Source: Octopus vulgaris (lineage: Eukaryota). From it: 64,000 nucleotides of DNA. The DNA lies in contig OX597821.1 of assembly GCA_951406725.2 (NCBI GenBank), positions 78,368,001 through 78,432,000 on the forward strand, read 5' to 3'. The number at the start of each line of letters is the position of its first letter. The first letter of the stretch is position 1. The position numbers and the translations under genes were made by a program. Positions 26,166 through 39,467 of this stretch are shown here, in pieces. Below the pieces are notes generated by a model. The model had not been told where the DNA came from. It did not search any database and saw only the letters and a program-made list of their open reading frames with translations.

Positions 26166-28420
26166 GTGTATATACAGAGGTTTGAAGTGATGTACCGATA
26201 TTGTATATTTAGAATAATGACGTAGTTGGAATGTTGGATGATTATATATATCTTATTTACATTTTTTACGCTTCCTTCCGTTATCGGATTTTTCAAAAAT
26301 AATTTTCTGGGGATTGCTAAGCAGGGGAGAAGAAGGAAGAGATTTTTTTGAGAAGGCGGTAAAGTGACATCGCTTTTGTATAGTGAGACTCGTCTGTTTA
26401 CTACTTAATGGCCCTTTAATGTTGGGGAGGAAAAAGAAGCGCAAGGATAAAGAATGTTTGTATTACAACTGGTGATGTTTTTAATTGAAAAACCAGATGT
26501 TGTCTTTTGACATTTTTTGAGTTCAATATACACCCACACAGGAATTATATATATAAACATACATTTATAAACGTACACACCTCCAACATCTGAATGGATG
26601 GAACATAACTAAACCCACAACCGAGGGATACCAGAAATTCCGAAGATCTCAGAGAAATATCCAACATCAAAATGAATTGTGCAGAATCAAACCCATAATC
26701 GAGAGACACCAAAAATTCAGAAGCTTACTTCACAGAAATATCCAGTGAGCTAAACTTACTTCTCCGAAAAATTGATACAATGTTCACCATTATAGACAAA
26801 GCAATGAATGATATCGATGCACAAAGTAACCTCCTTAAAAATACTCAAACAACAAGAAAAAGCAATAAAAATTCTACAAATTAACCACCTCTACCCCAAA
26901 GAACATCGAGCAGATAAGAAACAGGTATTGACATACAAAACCAAATACCTTTAAATTACAACTATGGAACAAGCTCTTGACTCAACGCAAACTGGCTAAT
27001 TGGAAGAATATTCGTTGCAACAACATACCTAAAACATACCAAAAGTGGCGAAAGAAGAAGTCAATCCTCCCTAGGAAATTCGTTATTACATAAATAAAAG
27101 GCGAAACACGAGAAGAAACAATGATACGTGCAAACTTAGCACTATGCCGACTAGAGGCAGAACTATCTTTTCTCCAATCACGAAAACCACGACAGGAAGA
27201 GAAAGTCACAACAATTGATACAATCATATTTTCCAAAATATCCGAAAGAAATGACAACCAAAATCAAGAAAAGCTCCAACAACTACGGAAAGAAGACACC
27301 AAAAGGAAAGAAAAAGTATGTATAAGAATGTGGGAAAAATCAACAGGAGTGGTTCACTATGAAAATGCTATGGGGAAAAAATCCATAATGAAAACAAAAC
27401 CACCGCAACAAAAAAGTACAGGAAAACCGACACCCAGAGGATCGAAACAAGAGTATCGGACCGCGAGACGTCTAAAAACATATGCGAACAGACCCCCCAA
27501 CTCATCTGAAATACAGATTAGAAATCCGTTTTCTACAATACCAAACCTTCATACTACGATGAACAAATGTACAAATTATAAACAACCGTCAACCAAATAT
27601 TCTAGATGGAGGAATACATGATAAGAAAGACAAGCCAAATAAAATAACTAGAGGGATGGACACGAAAGACAAATGCGGAACAAAAAAATCACAGAGACTA
27701 TAATAGAAAAAATTATAATGAAAACTCAAGAAACCCACGATATATGACCACCAATCTTACACGGACCAACAAACGTAAGAGAAGGGTTGAAGGCAACTCC
27801 TATGGACAACGAAATATATAGAGACAACATGAACCGTTACCGCACTCATAAGGAAGCCTGAACCCCAGATATAGAAATTGGGGACGTCACGTCAAAACCC
27901 CTTTCTAGGGAGAAAAGACTACAACCGCGCTCTGGACCTAATGCAACAGATGTTCCTAATGAACCCACAAAACACATAGACTCTAAAATTATAAAGTTAT
28001 CAAATAGAGACCTCAACGAAAATGAAATGAGTCTCTTACTGAAAGGTTTCAAAGTTACCCCGACACCCACTCCGAATCTCATAGAAAACTCAATATTAAG
28101 AACTTCAACCGTCATCTCCGTCTTATAGAATTTTTCAACAACAAGAAAGTAGAGGAGGAATCACTCATAAGAAAAAAATCTCCTGTCACCCCTTACAAGG
28201 GGAGCGATAAAGACCTAGATACATACGTAGAAACAATCTCGAAATTCCCTGTCAGAACCCATAAATGCAAACAGAATCTTCATGAAGGTGAAAAGGAAGC
28301 GTTACAAAACTAAAGAACGACAATTCAATCATTCTAAAAAAAAAACCGACAAAGGTGGGGTCGATAGCAATCACGGACAGAGACTACTACGAAGAAAAAG
28401 AGAGAAGGAGACAAAGATAT
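26160..28420 (+). mobile_element. Penelope-like element 5' part (degenerate ORF up to RT N-terminus)
   Basis: SKIIKLSNRDLNENEMSLLLKGFKVTPTP...NFNRHLRLIEFF...DKGG.IAI (27980-28380), typical of Penelope ORFs. Confidence 0.8.
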
Positions 28421-28421
28421 A

Positions 28422-28494
<73 letters not shown>

Positions 28495-30324
28495 GAGCGT
28501 ATTTCAAAACGCGGCAAAGTCTATCTCGTCTGAATTTGAAATCAAAATTAACAGTGGAAATCATAATACGTTCTTCGAGAAAGATTACTTGCTAAGATTC
28601 CTTCAACATAATTTCTTACGCATTCTCTATAACTGGATGTTGAATCCACTGCTAAGTCAATGAAATATATGTGTGGTATATCTTCGTCTTAGTGAAGACA
28701 TTCCATAATGTTGGGATCCAATCCTTGTATAGATAAATAATATACTTCTAATTCTATTTGGAATGAAATATTTGCAGAAACAAACAGAAGCGAAGGGTTT
28801 AAAGTGAAACATGAGACAATGAATTGAGTAATATTTCTAAGATTGTATAAGTTCATATCCAGATGTAGACAAAGTGTTACACTGTTCAGAAGAAATGTTG
28901 TCTTCAACCGCTCCATGCCTTCAAATATTACTATTTCAACAACGTTGTATTGTTGTTATTACTGATATCAACTTTTTCGATTTTTATTGTTAAATATTAC
29001 TCGTTAGCTAGAAATAATAGTTATTTCTTACATATTTACAAGGCCAAGATTTTCTATGGTAAGAATATATAATCGAATGGACTAGCTTTCTGTATATTAT
29101 TTGCACTTTTATTATCATCTCGTTACATACGAAAGGGAAAGTCGAAGAAAGACTAGTTGCATTTAGTTCGAGGAATTGACTGACATATTCCTTCATTCAC
29201 TGCTCTTCATCTAGAAACAATTATGGTTTCTATCTCAGACACAAGCCGCAGACGAAACAGACAATGGAAAAGACAATTACGTGGGATACGAAATGAGAAT
29301 GTAAAAGTACGTGACTGAACATTAGATATATTTTATCAGTGGAACTGTGATTTCTACAAACCCATAGTTTTCCTTTCCACTCTTTTCAAAATTAGGAAAT
29401 GATAATGGCAAATTTAATGCCATGAAAGCACATATCCGTTATAGTATCTTCAAAAGAGAATTCTAGAAACAATTGTAGTTATTATCTCTCATTCGATTCC
29501 TAATAATATTAATTCACTTACCTTTAAGATTCACGACTGTTACAGAATTGCTTAGTAAACTTCACTTTTAGTTGAAATTCGACCAACCTGAAGTGTCCCA
29601 CTGACCAGAATACCTTCAGCTTCTTTAAAATTCTTCTCTTCTCCAGTTCGATGAACAGGTTTATTTTTACAATCTTTTATCCTGGTTTTCACAATTGAAG
29701 ATAAAAATTCAGACACTGCAGAAAGGATTTCTTTCTCTCTGGTTTCGAAAGAGATGTTATGTTCTTTAAACGCTAAGTTAAGATAGATCAACAACTTGAA
29801 TTTACTTCCCATGTACCTCTTTAAGTTGTCATTCGCTATTTCACTTTCGTTAACACTTTCTTAAATTTGTGATCTTAGGCTGTTTCTTCATTCTCTCTTG
29901 TATAGAAGAAAATACTTTTACCACCAAGTATATTAGTTTTGCCAATCAATGCCCAGCCCTAACTACCGATGTTTACAAAGAAACTAATCGAACCATTATA
30001 TTGATTACTTGCAATTTGTTTAATTTTTAATATTGCACAGCAATATTTATAATTAATGAAATCGACAGAGATGTGGTCAAGGTTAAAATGTAGGAAGTTA
30101 AGATCCTGTTCAAATAGAGACATGGCTAAGATTTCAGTTTAAAAGAATAGTCAATAATATACACCGCCTCGATACATGCACAGACTTAACAAATTCTCAT
30201 TTTAATTAGCGCACGAATATCATTTCTGTATGTATTTTAATTGTGCTTTGTTCTTTTAGCCCTGACCCTCATTACACATACTTTGAATGATAACGCTTCC
30301 TACGATCGATAAACTTGCCATTTG

Positions 30325-31125
30325 CGGGAGTTGACTGAAAAGTTCATAAACTGACTCTGAAGGTGTGATGCTAGGGCTCTGAAGATGTGATGCTAGGGCT
30401 CTGAAGGATGATGCTAGGGCTCTGAATGATGATGCTGAGGCTCTGAAGGCGTGATGCTGGGGCTGTGAAGGTGTGATGCTAGGGCTCTGAAGGAGTGATG
30501 CTAGGGCTCTGAAGGTGTGATGCTAGGGCTCTGAAGGTGTGATGCTAGGGCTCTGTAGGTGTGATGCTAGGGATATGAAGGATGATGCTGGGGCTCTGAA
30601 GGCGTGATACTGGGGCTGTGAAGTCGTGAATCTGAGGCTGTGAAGTCTTTCAACATATTTTATAAATAACTGCATTGTTTAGTTCCAGGTAAACTGATAA
30701 CTGAGTGTTCCACGACGACTTCAAAAGTAAAAATTAGCGACATCTCTTGAACGTGGACACAATTTGGCTTCGTGGTATGATCTATAGAAAAAGGGTTTAA
30801 TCTCAAAGGACATTCATGCTAAAATAGTTGCTATATTAGGGGATGACGCTCCAGCTTTATCAACAGTTGCCAGCTGAATCTCGGAAGGGAAGGAAGAGAC
30901 TTGAAAACCTGGACGTCTTGCAACGGCCACCACCGAGGAAAACCTTGATCGTGTTCACCACATGGTGATGAATGAGAGGCGATTGGCTATAAATCAAATA
31001 ATGCTATTAGTATATACCGTGAAAGAATTGAGAATATTCTGCGCAATGAACTTGTCATGGCGAAGATTTCTGCTTGGTGGGTGTCACATCTTGTGGCAAC
31101 TGACCAAAAGCACACCAGAATGGTT
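30325..31125 (+). mobile_element. Mariner 5' fragment inserted in pseudogene C
   Basis: TIR-like gagttgactgaaaagttc; transposase N-terminal relic DIHAKIVAILGDDAPALSTV..TATTEENLDRVHHMV..KISAWWVSHL. Confidence 0.8.
30356..30650 (+). repeat. ~22-bp minisatellite (ctctgaaggtgtgatgctaggg), about 13 units
   Basis: Directly visible tandem units with variants. Confidence 0.95.
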
Positions 31126-31214
31126 GCGTTGAAACGTAACTCTCATTGGGTCTCATTTCATGACAGTATCTTGGTCAAATCATGAACATTTTAGGTGTTA
31201 TTTGTATATATAAG

Positions 31215-31460
31215 TGGAGGCACGTGGCTTTGTGGTTAGGGTATCAGCACCATGATCGTAAGATTGTGGTTTCGATTCCTGGACCGGGCGAGGCGTTGGG
31301 TTCTTGAGCAATAAACTTCATTTCACGTTGCTCCAGTCCACTCAGCTGGCAAAAATGGGTAACGCTGCGACGGACTGGCGTCCCGTTCAGCTGGGGTACA
31401 CATATGCCATAGAAACCGGGAAACCAGGCCCATGAGCCTGGCTAGGCTTTCGAAGGGCGC
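31215..31460 (+). mobile_element. tRNA-derived SINE
   Basis: A/B boxes (gtggttagg...ggtttcgattcc). Confidence 0.8.
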
Positions 31461-32949
31461 ACTCATTAATTTTTTTTGATGTGTATATAAATTGCGGTTT
31501 GCTTCTTCTTAATGTACTAAAAAATCTTTACACATGTTACGAATAAAAAAAAAAGAAAATTGCTGGAGAGTTTAGAAATGATTTAGGGTAAAATCAGAGG
31601 ATTGAGAGATGCATATATTGCTGGAATGGAAGACATAGATCTTGGAATCTTGGCAGCATAGTTTTGTTGTTATTGTTGTTTAGTCATAGATTTCTTTGAA
31701 CTTTTACCTAATAGCTTTTTTTCATCAAAAACAAAACAAAATAGTAAAAATCATCTGACTCTTTTTCCTTTTTCAGTGTGAAGTAGAGATCATTCTAAAT
31801 AATGATCGTTTGAATATCATTCAAATTTGTTCTGAATTCGTGAAGTGTGATATAATAAAGAATTGGCTGTAATTTCTAATACTTTGATCAACTGCTTAGA
31901 GTTGGACTCTCTCATGAAGTGTAATAGAGTAATGTATGAAGATTGAAGGCTCCCAAACTAACTACAGGCTTATTTTTCAATACAGTTTGATGGAAATTAA
32001 AATACGTAATGCTGTGTCCAGAAACTATTCATCAGTTGGAACTACTCCCTTAGTTGGAAGACAATCCTATTATCATTACTTCAAAAGAACCCTCTGAAAC
32101 CCTTAATTTATGAAAGCTTAAGTTGTACGTTTCAATTAATTTTGAGGATGGGTGATAATCAGAGCATGTTTCTGTGTCATTACTCTTCCTGAATAAAGAA
32201 TAGTCAACACGAGCATATTAACCATTCAATTTTGTTCGTTACATATTAGCTTGCACTTAACAGATTTTCATGCAGATGTCCACAGAAATTTTCCATTGAT
32301 AATATTTTTATATACACTCTGTCCATTTATTTAAAGTATATATTCCCATATATCATTTCAGAGATAGAATTGTCTCTCTATATAGGGCCCATCGAAGCGC
32401 TCTGTGTATTTGAGCCATAGAAAAATATGAGAAATAATGAAGAGTGACAAAAGATAGGTTAGCAAAATATGTTCGGTTTTGAAATCATTATATACACCAA
32501 ATCCTGTGCTAAAAATTTATAGATATAAATATTTATAAATTTGTTAAGAACATATCAAGAATGTACAAAAATATAGTCCTACTTACTTTTTTCAAAACGA
32601 TATTAAAATATATAATGTATTGTAAATCCATACGGTTTATAATTCGCTTCACATCAGAGTGTAGAAATTATAGTAAATCGATATCGAAATTTAAAGTCCA
32701 GAAGTTTATATCCGACGGCCGTTTCTGGGGGCATAGTGGTAAAAAGATGAACTTGACTTCTATACAATAGCACCGTCTCCATCATCAAGGAAGTTTAAAC
32801 TGGTAATATTATATTCGTTATGAGCTATGATGGAATCCCTTGTTGACAACCTTTATAAAGAGCTACATGTATTCTTCTGGTGGATGTTTTTTTTATAGAG
32901 TAGATGGAGTGGATATAAACTACTATTGACAAGAAACTATTAATAATAT

Positions 32950-34520
32950 TAGAGGTGGGGGATAGGTTAAAGAAGGCCCAAACCAAGTTTCATATTTCAG
33001 ATTTAATGAAATTATGTTTATATTTTTTAGTTATGTAGAGCTAATCAGATGCTTAAGGGTCGAATAAAACCTGTGTCTTCAAGGGGAGACGACATCTGGT
33101 TATCTCTTCTCTCTCTTTCTTTCTTAAAGCTCGAAATAGGGAGTAATTAGCAGTGGACAACGGGGAAGGGTTAAGCCTCTTTTGGCCTTTTGTCACTTAC
33201 TTGTCTCTGATCCTGTGTTTACGTATTTTTCACTCATTGATGGTGTCCTCTTCTTAGTGTATACTTTTTTAGTAATTTGTCCAGTACGTAATTTTCACTC
33301 GTTGGTGATGTCCTGTACTTGATGTATTTTCTATTTATTTATAATCAAACGCAATACAGCCTCGTCCACAGTAAGGTTTTACTTTTATTTATAATTTCTG
33401 TGACTCTGTATCCTTGTTTTTGAACCTGAACTACAAGGCAAAAGACAGGATGGCCCAAAGGAACAGCAAGAGAAGTCGAACGAGGAAGCTCGAGAAGAGG
33501 AGGAAGAGAAGCAGGAATAGACTTAGAAGACAATGGTGAAGGAGAATTGCGCGACAGAAGGAGCTGGACCACCCACATCTTCAGAGTTAAGTGAGGTGGA
33601 ATGGTCTGTTGCAGGGAGGAAGAAGAGAAAAACGAATGTACAAGAACACATACAGATGCGGACAAAAGACATTACAAACGCAGACAGAAAAAAGGAAAAA
33701 AGATACACCAAAAACGAACACAAATAACACACAGCAAGGACAAAGACACAAAAACAAACGTACAAAAACAGATACGACCGCAAGAAAACATTACAAACAC
33801 AGACAGAAAACAAAAAAAAGAAAGTCACCTTCAAAAGAACAATCAGTATACAACACACACATCAAACAGCAAGAAAAATAAAGAGACGAAAATAGAGCAA
33901 CTGTTTCAAAAATCTTTCTAAAAATTTTTGATGACGTTATCTGGAGTGTGGGGTTCGAGTTGACATCGTTCCCCTATTTCATTTGTCATTACCATTCTTT
34001 TCCATCCATTCTATTTCCCCCCATGTTTGTGTTTTGTCTGTCCTTGTTTGTCCTCTCTATATTAGGCCCTCTGTGGCCAAATGAAGAAATACTGTCGGCG
34101 AGCTACACCTTGGAGTTGCTGTTGGTTATTTATTGTCTGACATTGTTGTGTTGCAGTTGTTTTCGTTAGAACTGCCTCGTTTAAAACAAAAATTGTTAGT
34201 GTCTTTTTAATCATTGTTCTACTGAATAGGCTTGGTATTCCTGTTGTTCTTCAGTTAGGAGCGAATAGTTTGCATTCTGTGTGGGAATTGTACCCCAATT
34301 AAACGACTAGTGATTTGTAAAACTTTCTTTTAAAATGTTCAATGAAGTTATCTGGAGTGTGCGGTTCGAGTTGACGTCGTTCCCACTTTTCATTCATCAT
34401 TAACTTTTTTACATTCTATTTTATTTTTTCCTCACCCTTGTGTTTTTCTGTCCTTGTTTGTCTCCTCCATGTTAGCCCCTGTGTGGCCAAATAAAGATAT
34501 ACAGTCGGCGAGCTACGCCA
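32950..34520. mobile_element. Degenerate retroelement-like repeat with internal ~190-bp direct repeat (33925-34110 vs 34335-34520)
   Basis: gttatctggagtgtg..gttcgagttgac.tcgttccc...gtcggcgagctac duplicated; A-rich ORF1-like relic. Confidence 0.45.
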
Positions 34521-34699
34521 CAATGTACTGTGTGGATTCCGTTGTGGTATCTTATATTTTGCTTTAATGTGATAATTACCGGTTGGTCATTTTACCTCAA
34601 TGTATTGTTTATAAATTATTTGTTGAACTGCTTTGTTGAAAAGTGTTGCCTGCCTGCAGTTGTTATTAAAAAATGTCTGTTATGCACATTTTTCTGTAA

Positions 34700-35160
34700 C
34701 CAGAAATATATGTTCATAGGAAAACAAAGAGAACCACAAATCAAAAGGAAGCAACCGTAACAAATTAAACGTGTGACTAGGAAGGGAAGAGAAAAATGCT
34801 AGAAATTTCAGTCCCTGGAATGTCAGCAATAGGGAAGGAAGAAAGAATCTAGAAAATAGGCAAAATAACTTAGGGATTACCCCTACTAAAATCAACTAGA
34901 ATTAGAATAACTAATGTCTGTGATTGCGCAAGGAATAGAAGATAGAGATTGCGAATATAAGACTGATGCAAAGGTACCTCCGGAGCGAAAAATTATTTCT
35001 ATACAGGTTCTAGCGCACGTTTTATCAAACAAAGAATAGCTAACCATGAAAATTACTTTAGAAATAGGGACAAAGAAATAACACGACCCTAAGTAAGTTA
35101 ATATGGTCACTGAAAAATTATAACAAAATACATCTGACAGGCTGGGATATTATTAGGAAA
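34700..35160 (+). mobile_element. Penelope GIY-YIG relic
   Basis: KNYFYTGSSARFIKQRIANHENYF and SKLIWSLK. Confidence 0.6.
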
Positions 35161-35546
35161 GTTAAACGTACCAAATTTTCACTTCTAAATTTAATCACAA
35201 ATTCTCTGCCTTCCCATTCTCCATTCTTCAAGACATTTTCTAAGCGTTACCCACTATTCTAGTCTCCTTGGACAAATGGCCGTATTTTGTTCGACTGTTC
35301 GTCTTCATCCACCGTCCTAAATTATATTCTGTGTCGTTTTGCTTGCTTTGTTTTCTTTGCTCTTGTCCTTAATTCTCCGTAAGAAAACACATTTTTGTGG
35401 GCACCGCCAATTGAGAAGCACTCAGCCATTTGGTCGATAACTAATGAAGAAATACGGATCTTCTGTTTACCTACCGTTCATGTAAACGTTACATCGTTTG
35501 TTTATACATTTGGAAGACTTGTAACTTCATCAGAAATACCATGTTT

Positions 35547-35590
<44 letters not shown>

Positions 35591-35596
<6 letters not shown>

Positions 35597-35806
35597 CCAT
35601 TTAAAAACACAAAAAACCGTTAGATACACTTCAGCATTTAAATTTAATTTGTCAAAATATTTTCGTCGCTTTGAAACCGCAACCTGTTCATTGAAAAAAT
35701 TCCGTGCTGCAGCACGGAATTTTTCAAAACGACGAAAGTATTTTGAAAAATTAAATTTAAATGTTCATATGAATCTAACGGTTTTGTGTGTTTTTAAATG
35801 GCTTAT
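35591..35806. repeat. Long imperfect palindrome centred on CCGTGCTG|CAGCACGG (35709/35710)
   Basis: Arms gccatttaaaaacac...aatttaatttgtcaaaata and tattttgaaaaattaaattt...gtgtttttaaatggc. Confidence 0.85.
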
Positions 35807-35884
35807 AATCACCTTCCACGCTGCAATTATTTTTGCTTCCGCACACAATCTCAGATCAGGTCACTACTATGCAAGTACATACCC

Positions 35885-35952
<68 letters not shown>

Positions 35953-36730
35953 TTATTTATTTATTTATTTATATATGCATATATATGCGTGTGTGTGTGT
36001 GTATATGTGTGTGCGTGTGTGTGTATGAATAGAATACAATTCATTCATACATAATACACACACAAACGCACCAACTTATATATTTATAGTTTTTGATTTG
36101 AATGCAAATTCAGAAAAAAATATTATTTATAACGTATGTCTAAATAAAAGAACGTTTTACTATCCCCAGTCTTTCTGTGTGTTGTAATAACAAAACTCAA
36201 CTAATTATAGTTGTTTATTACAAACAGCTTTATCTTTTTACAAAATTCAACTAAAAACTGGTCTTCGGAATGGTATGTGTTACCGAATGATTTTGTTTCT
36301 GGTACTGCTCAGCAATTAAAAAGTACCTAATTGGCCATACAGACACAAATTGTCATTTAAACCTGTAAAATCCTTACGTTACAATGGTTTTTGAATAGAA
36401 ATAAAATATATTTATGTGAAATCAATCGGCAACGATTTCTTATTAACTTGATGTTAGTTTATGTTTCACATTCAGCAACCGGAAGTTGTGCTGATAATTA
36501 CCTTTTTTTGACCATAAACTTAATTCACCAGCTTCTATCACAAAGTCTAAAATTATACACGGCCATTTCTTGTTTCAACTTGTTACTTCTCTTAAACTCA
36601 CATGTTTTCTGTTCTTTTTCTACTTTGTTTATCATATAATTTCCCATGTGAATTGATTGACGACCCGTATTATTGTTATCTGCACGTTAAATACACTTTA
36701 AGGAAGGTATACAACGCCTGGTATTTCTGC

Positions 36731-36783
<53 letters not shown>

Positions 36784-36784
<1 letters not shown>

Positions 36785-38400
36785 TAGCAGAAATACCCGG
36801 CGTTGTACGGGTTACAGAAAACAATGAAATTTAAAAACACTGTCTAGATTACGTAGGTCTCAACTGCTAGTAGCACAGTGCAGGTGTCTCTCCAGGCCAC
36901 TTCCTGCACTCAGTTGTAATGAACTGCTGGATCATAATTGAAAGCTGCTTGATAGAAGTTGCTTCTCTGACCTGTTGCAACTGCTCTTCGTTCTGCAGTG
37001 GAGATCCTACTCCTTGTCAGTCGTGCATACTTCTGTTCATCACTTTGAGATGCTCTGGCTTTTTTAGTGCACAGTCTCTTCGTTTCTTGGTATACTTCCC
37101 TTTCTGCAGCTGTCTCCCTTTCCCTGGACAGAGTCATTTTTTGGCTGATCTTGACATTGTAGACACATTTGACACTTTCCTTCTTGGCATGGTTATATAC
37201 ATTTACACAGGCACACACGGGGGCAGAAGATAGTAAACAATGAAAATAACTTGATAACGGAAATTATATATTCCTTGGAGTTCTTCTGTGTTTACATTCG
37301 TTGCAATGAATGCCTTTCACTTTAAACGCAGACCAGGCCAGAATGAGTCGTTCTGTATTTTTATTGATGTAGGACAACATTATTTAATGTGTCCGTCATT
37401 TTTAAAATGCTAGAACATTGTGTGAGGGAGATTGGCTGTTATTTCTAGCAAATTGAATAACCACGCAGATTACCACATTGGCTCACTTGCTGATATGTAT
37501 AAGTGAACAAAAAGTAAAGGAAATGGCTCTTCATCTGTTTCTAGGATGATCATTCCAGTTGCATAATCAACTGAGATGGTTACACATTCAACTGGTACTT
37601 ATTTTATTAACCCTCAAAGGATGACAGGCAAAATCAGCATAGGTGGAATTTGAACTCAGAATGTATAACAGTTTGCCCAGGTGGGGAGGGGTGGACATTA
37701 GAGAGATGATTAGAAGAGAAGAGGCAAGTGGAATGGGAACCTCTTGAGAGGAGGTGAGCTCAGGTAGCTGCAAGGAACAGAAGCCATATAGTTGCAGTAG
37801 AAAAGGCAGAGAGGATTGAACACGTCTCCGAGTGACTTAATAGTTAATCTGTCACGTGACCAAAGCATTGGAAATGAAATTGGTTTAAATAGAAACTGTA
37901 TGGAACCCTGCCGAATTAAGTACAACTAATTTAAAGAGTCAACCTCATCTCACACGAAATACGTAAACAATAAGGGCGAATGAAGAAATCTGTGACCCAC
38001 AGCAACCCACAGCTCCCTGTCAATTGAATTATTCATCTGATATTTAGTAGGTTGCAAAAGTAAATAAGAAATTATTAGCAAAATTAACTAAGTGTACGGA
38101 TTTAAGTGAAATTATTGAAGTTACTTCTATCAGTAAACTATGAACTTTTAACAGTAATTCTGTAAAAGAAAATGCTAAAACGTGGCAAAAGTAAATAACA
38201 AATTTGTAGGCAAATCTAATGGAGTGTACGGATTGAAGTGAAATTTATGAAGTGGCTTCTGTCAGTAAATTATGAAATTACTTTCATCAGTAATTGTGAA
38301 CTTCTTTCTGTCATTAATTTGTCGTTGATTGAAGATAGCGACTGAACTAAAGTGAAAACAATAGCGTCTGAAGAATGAAAGTGAAAACAATAGAGAGTGA
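36784..38400 (-). mobile_element. Helitron-derived element inserted in the 3' part of pseudogene D
   Basis: Minus-strand 3' end cccgtacaacgccggg...CTAG|T; ORF 36910-37218 with RET..ER...AAFNYDP, like Helitron Rep N-terminal regions; ~130-bp tandem repeats at 38040-38300. The far boundary is approximate. Confidence 0.65.
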
Positions 38401-38557
38401 GTGAGATATAGAGATGGGGGCAAAGAGAAAGAGAGAAGGAGAGAGAGAAAGCTAGCTAGTTAGACAGACAAATAAGATAGATAGAGATAGATATAAATAG
38501 ACAAGATATAGATAGAGAGATAGATAGATATAGTGACAGAGAGAAAGACATAGATAT

Positions 38558-38725
38558 ATAGGAGTGGCTGTGTGGTAAGTAGCTTGCTAACCAACCACAT
38601 GGTTCCGGGTTCAGTCCCACTGCGTGGCACTTTGTGCAAGTGTCTTCTACTATAGCCCCGGGCCGACCAATGCCTTGTGAGTGGATTTGGTAGACGGAAA
38701 CTGAAAGAAGCCTGTCGTATATATG

Positions 38726-38756
<31 letters not shown>

Positions 38757-38975
38757 ATGTGTTTGTGTGTCTGTGTTTATTCCCCCAACATTGCTTGACA
38801 ACCGATGCTGGTGTGTTTACGTCCCCGTCACTTAGCGGTTCGGAAAATGAGACTGATAGAATAAGTACTGGGCTTACAAATAATAAGTCCTGGGGTCGAT
38901 TTGCTCGACTAAAGGCGGTGCTCCAGCATGGCCGCAGTCAACTGACTGAAACAAGTAAAAGAGAGAAAAGAGTAA
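38558..38975 (+). mobile_element. Full-length tRNA-derived SINE with internal microsatellite
   Basis: Head ggagtggctgtgtggtaag...gggttcagtccc; tail ...gactgaaacaagtaaaag. Related copies at 48630-49005(-), 58900-59100(-) and 60905-61105(+). Confidence 0.88.
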
Positions 38976-39431
38976 AGAGTATATATATATATATAGAGAG
39001 AAATAGATGGTGATATATATTGATATAGATAGATATATATATATATAGATAGGTAGATTTGTGTGTGAGTGCGATATGTCCCGTGTGTATAAGCCAGCAG
39101 TAACTTGCCGTTTACTGTACTAAAACCGAAAGTATTATCGAGTCTTTTGTAGGACTCTTAAGATGTTTCTTTCACGTTAAATTTAGTAGCAGGAATCCTT
39201 TGAAGAAACACAAAAAAACGTAGTTACTAAAATTTAAGCGATCCTATATTTACGTCTAGTTGTTAAGTCAGTGACACTAGAAAACTAGAAGTAAATATTC
39301 CTAAAAAAACTTTCAAAGATGTGAATGTAATATAAAAAGCAATATTTTTTATTTTTAATAAGAAAATCAAATAAAGATCGTAACATATGTCCGAGGCCAG
39401 TACACACACACATCTCTATTTTATATACATA

Positions 39432-39467
<36 letters not shown>

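Larger units (their letters stand above)
28490..32930 (+). pseudogene. Pseudogene C: decayed Toll-like-receptor-like gene, interrupted by a mariner fragment and a SINE
   Basis: Many stops and frameshifts. Relics: hydrophobic VVLLLLLISTFSIFIV (~28945); LRR-like LTRIPSASLKFF and INNLNLLPMYLF (29600-29820) and LELLP*LEDNPI (32036); juxtamembrane IYHFRDRIVSLY (32348); TIR-like FVKNISRMYKNIVLLTFF...YC and GL*FASHQSVEIIV (32540-32675). Nucleotide homology to the reverse complement of ~40100-41520. Confidence 0.62.

Noticed and set aside
28500-29940. Reading C/D on the opposite strands as a spliced gene (shared AAG|GTAAGT, polycystin/GAIN-like look)
   Set aside because: Both copies share an immediate stop after the putative acceptor and give no coherent domain. 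The other strand yields ordered TIR/TM/LRR/LRRCT motifs.
30356-30650. CRISPR-like regular repeats
   Set aside because: Units are contiguous with no unique spacers, in a eukaryotic TE context.
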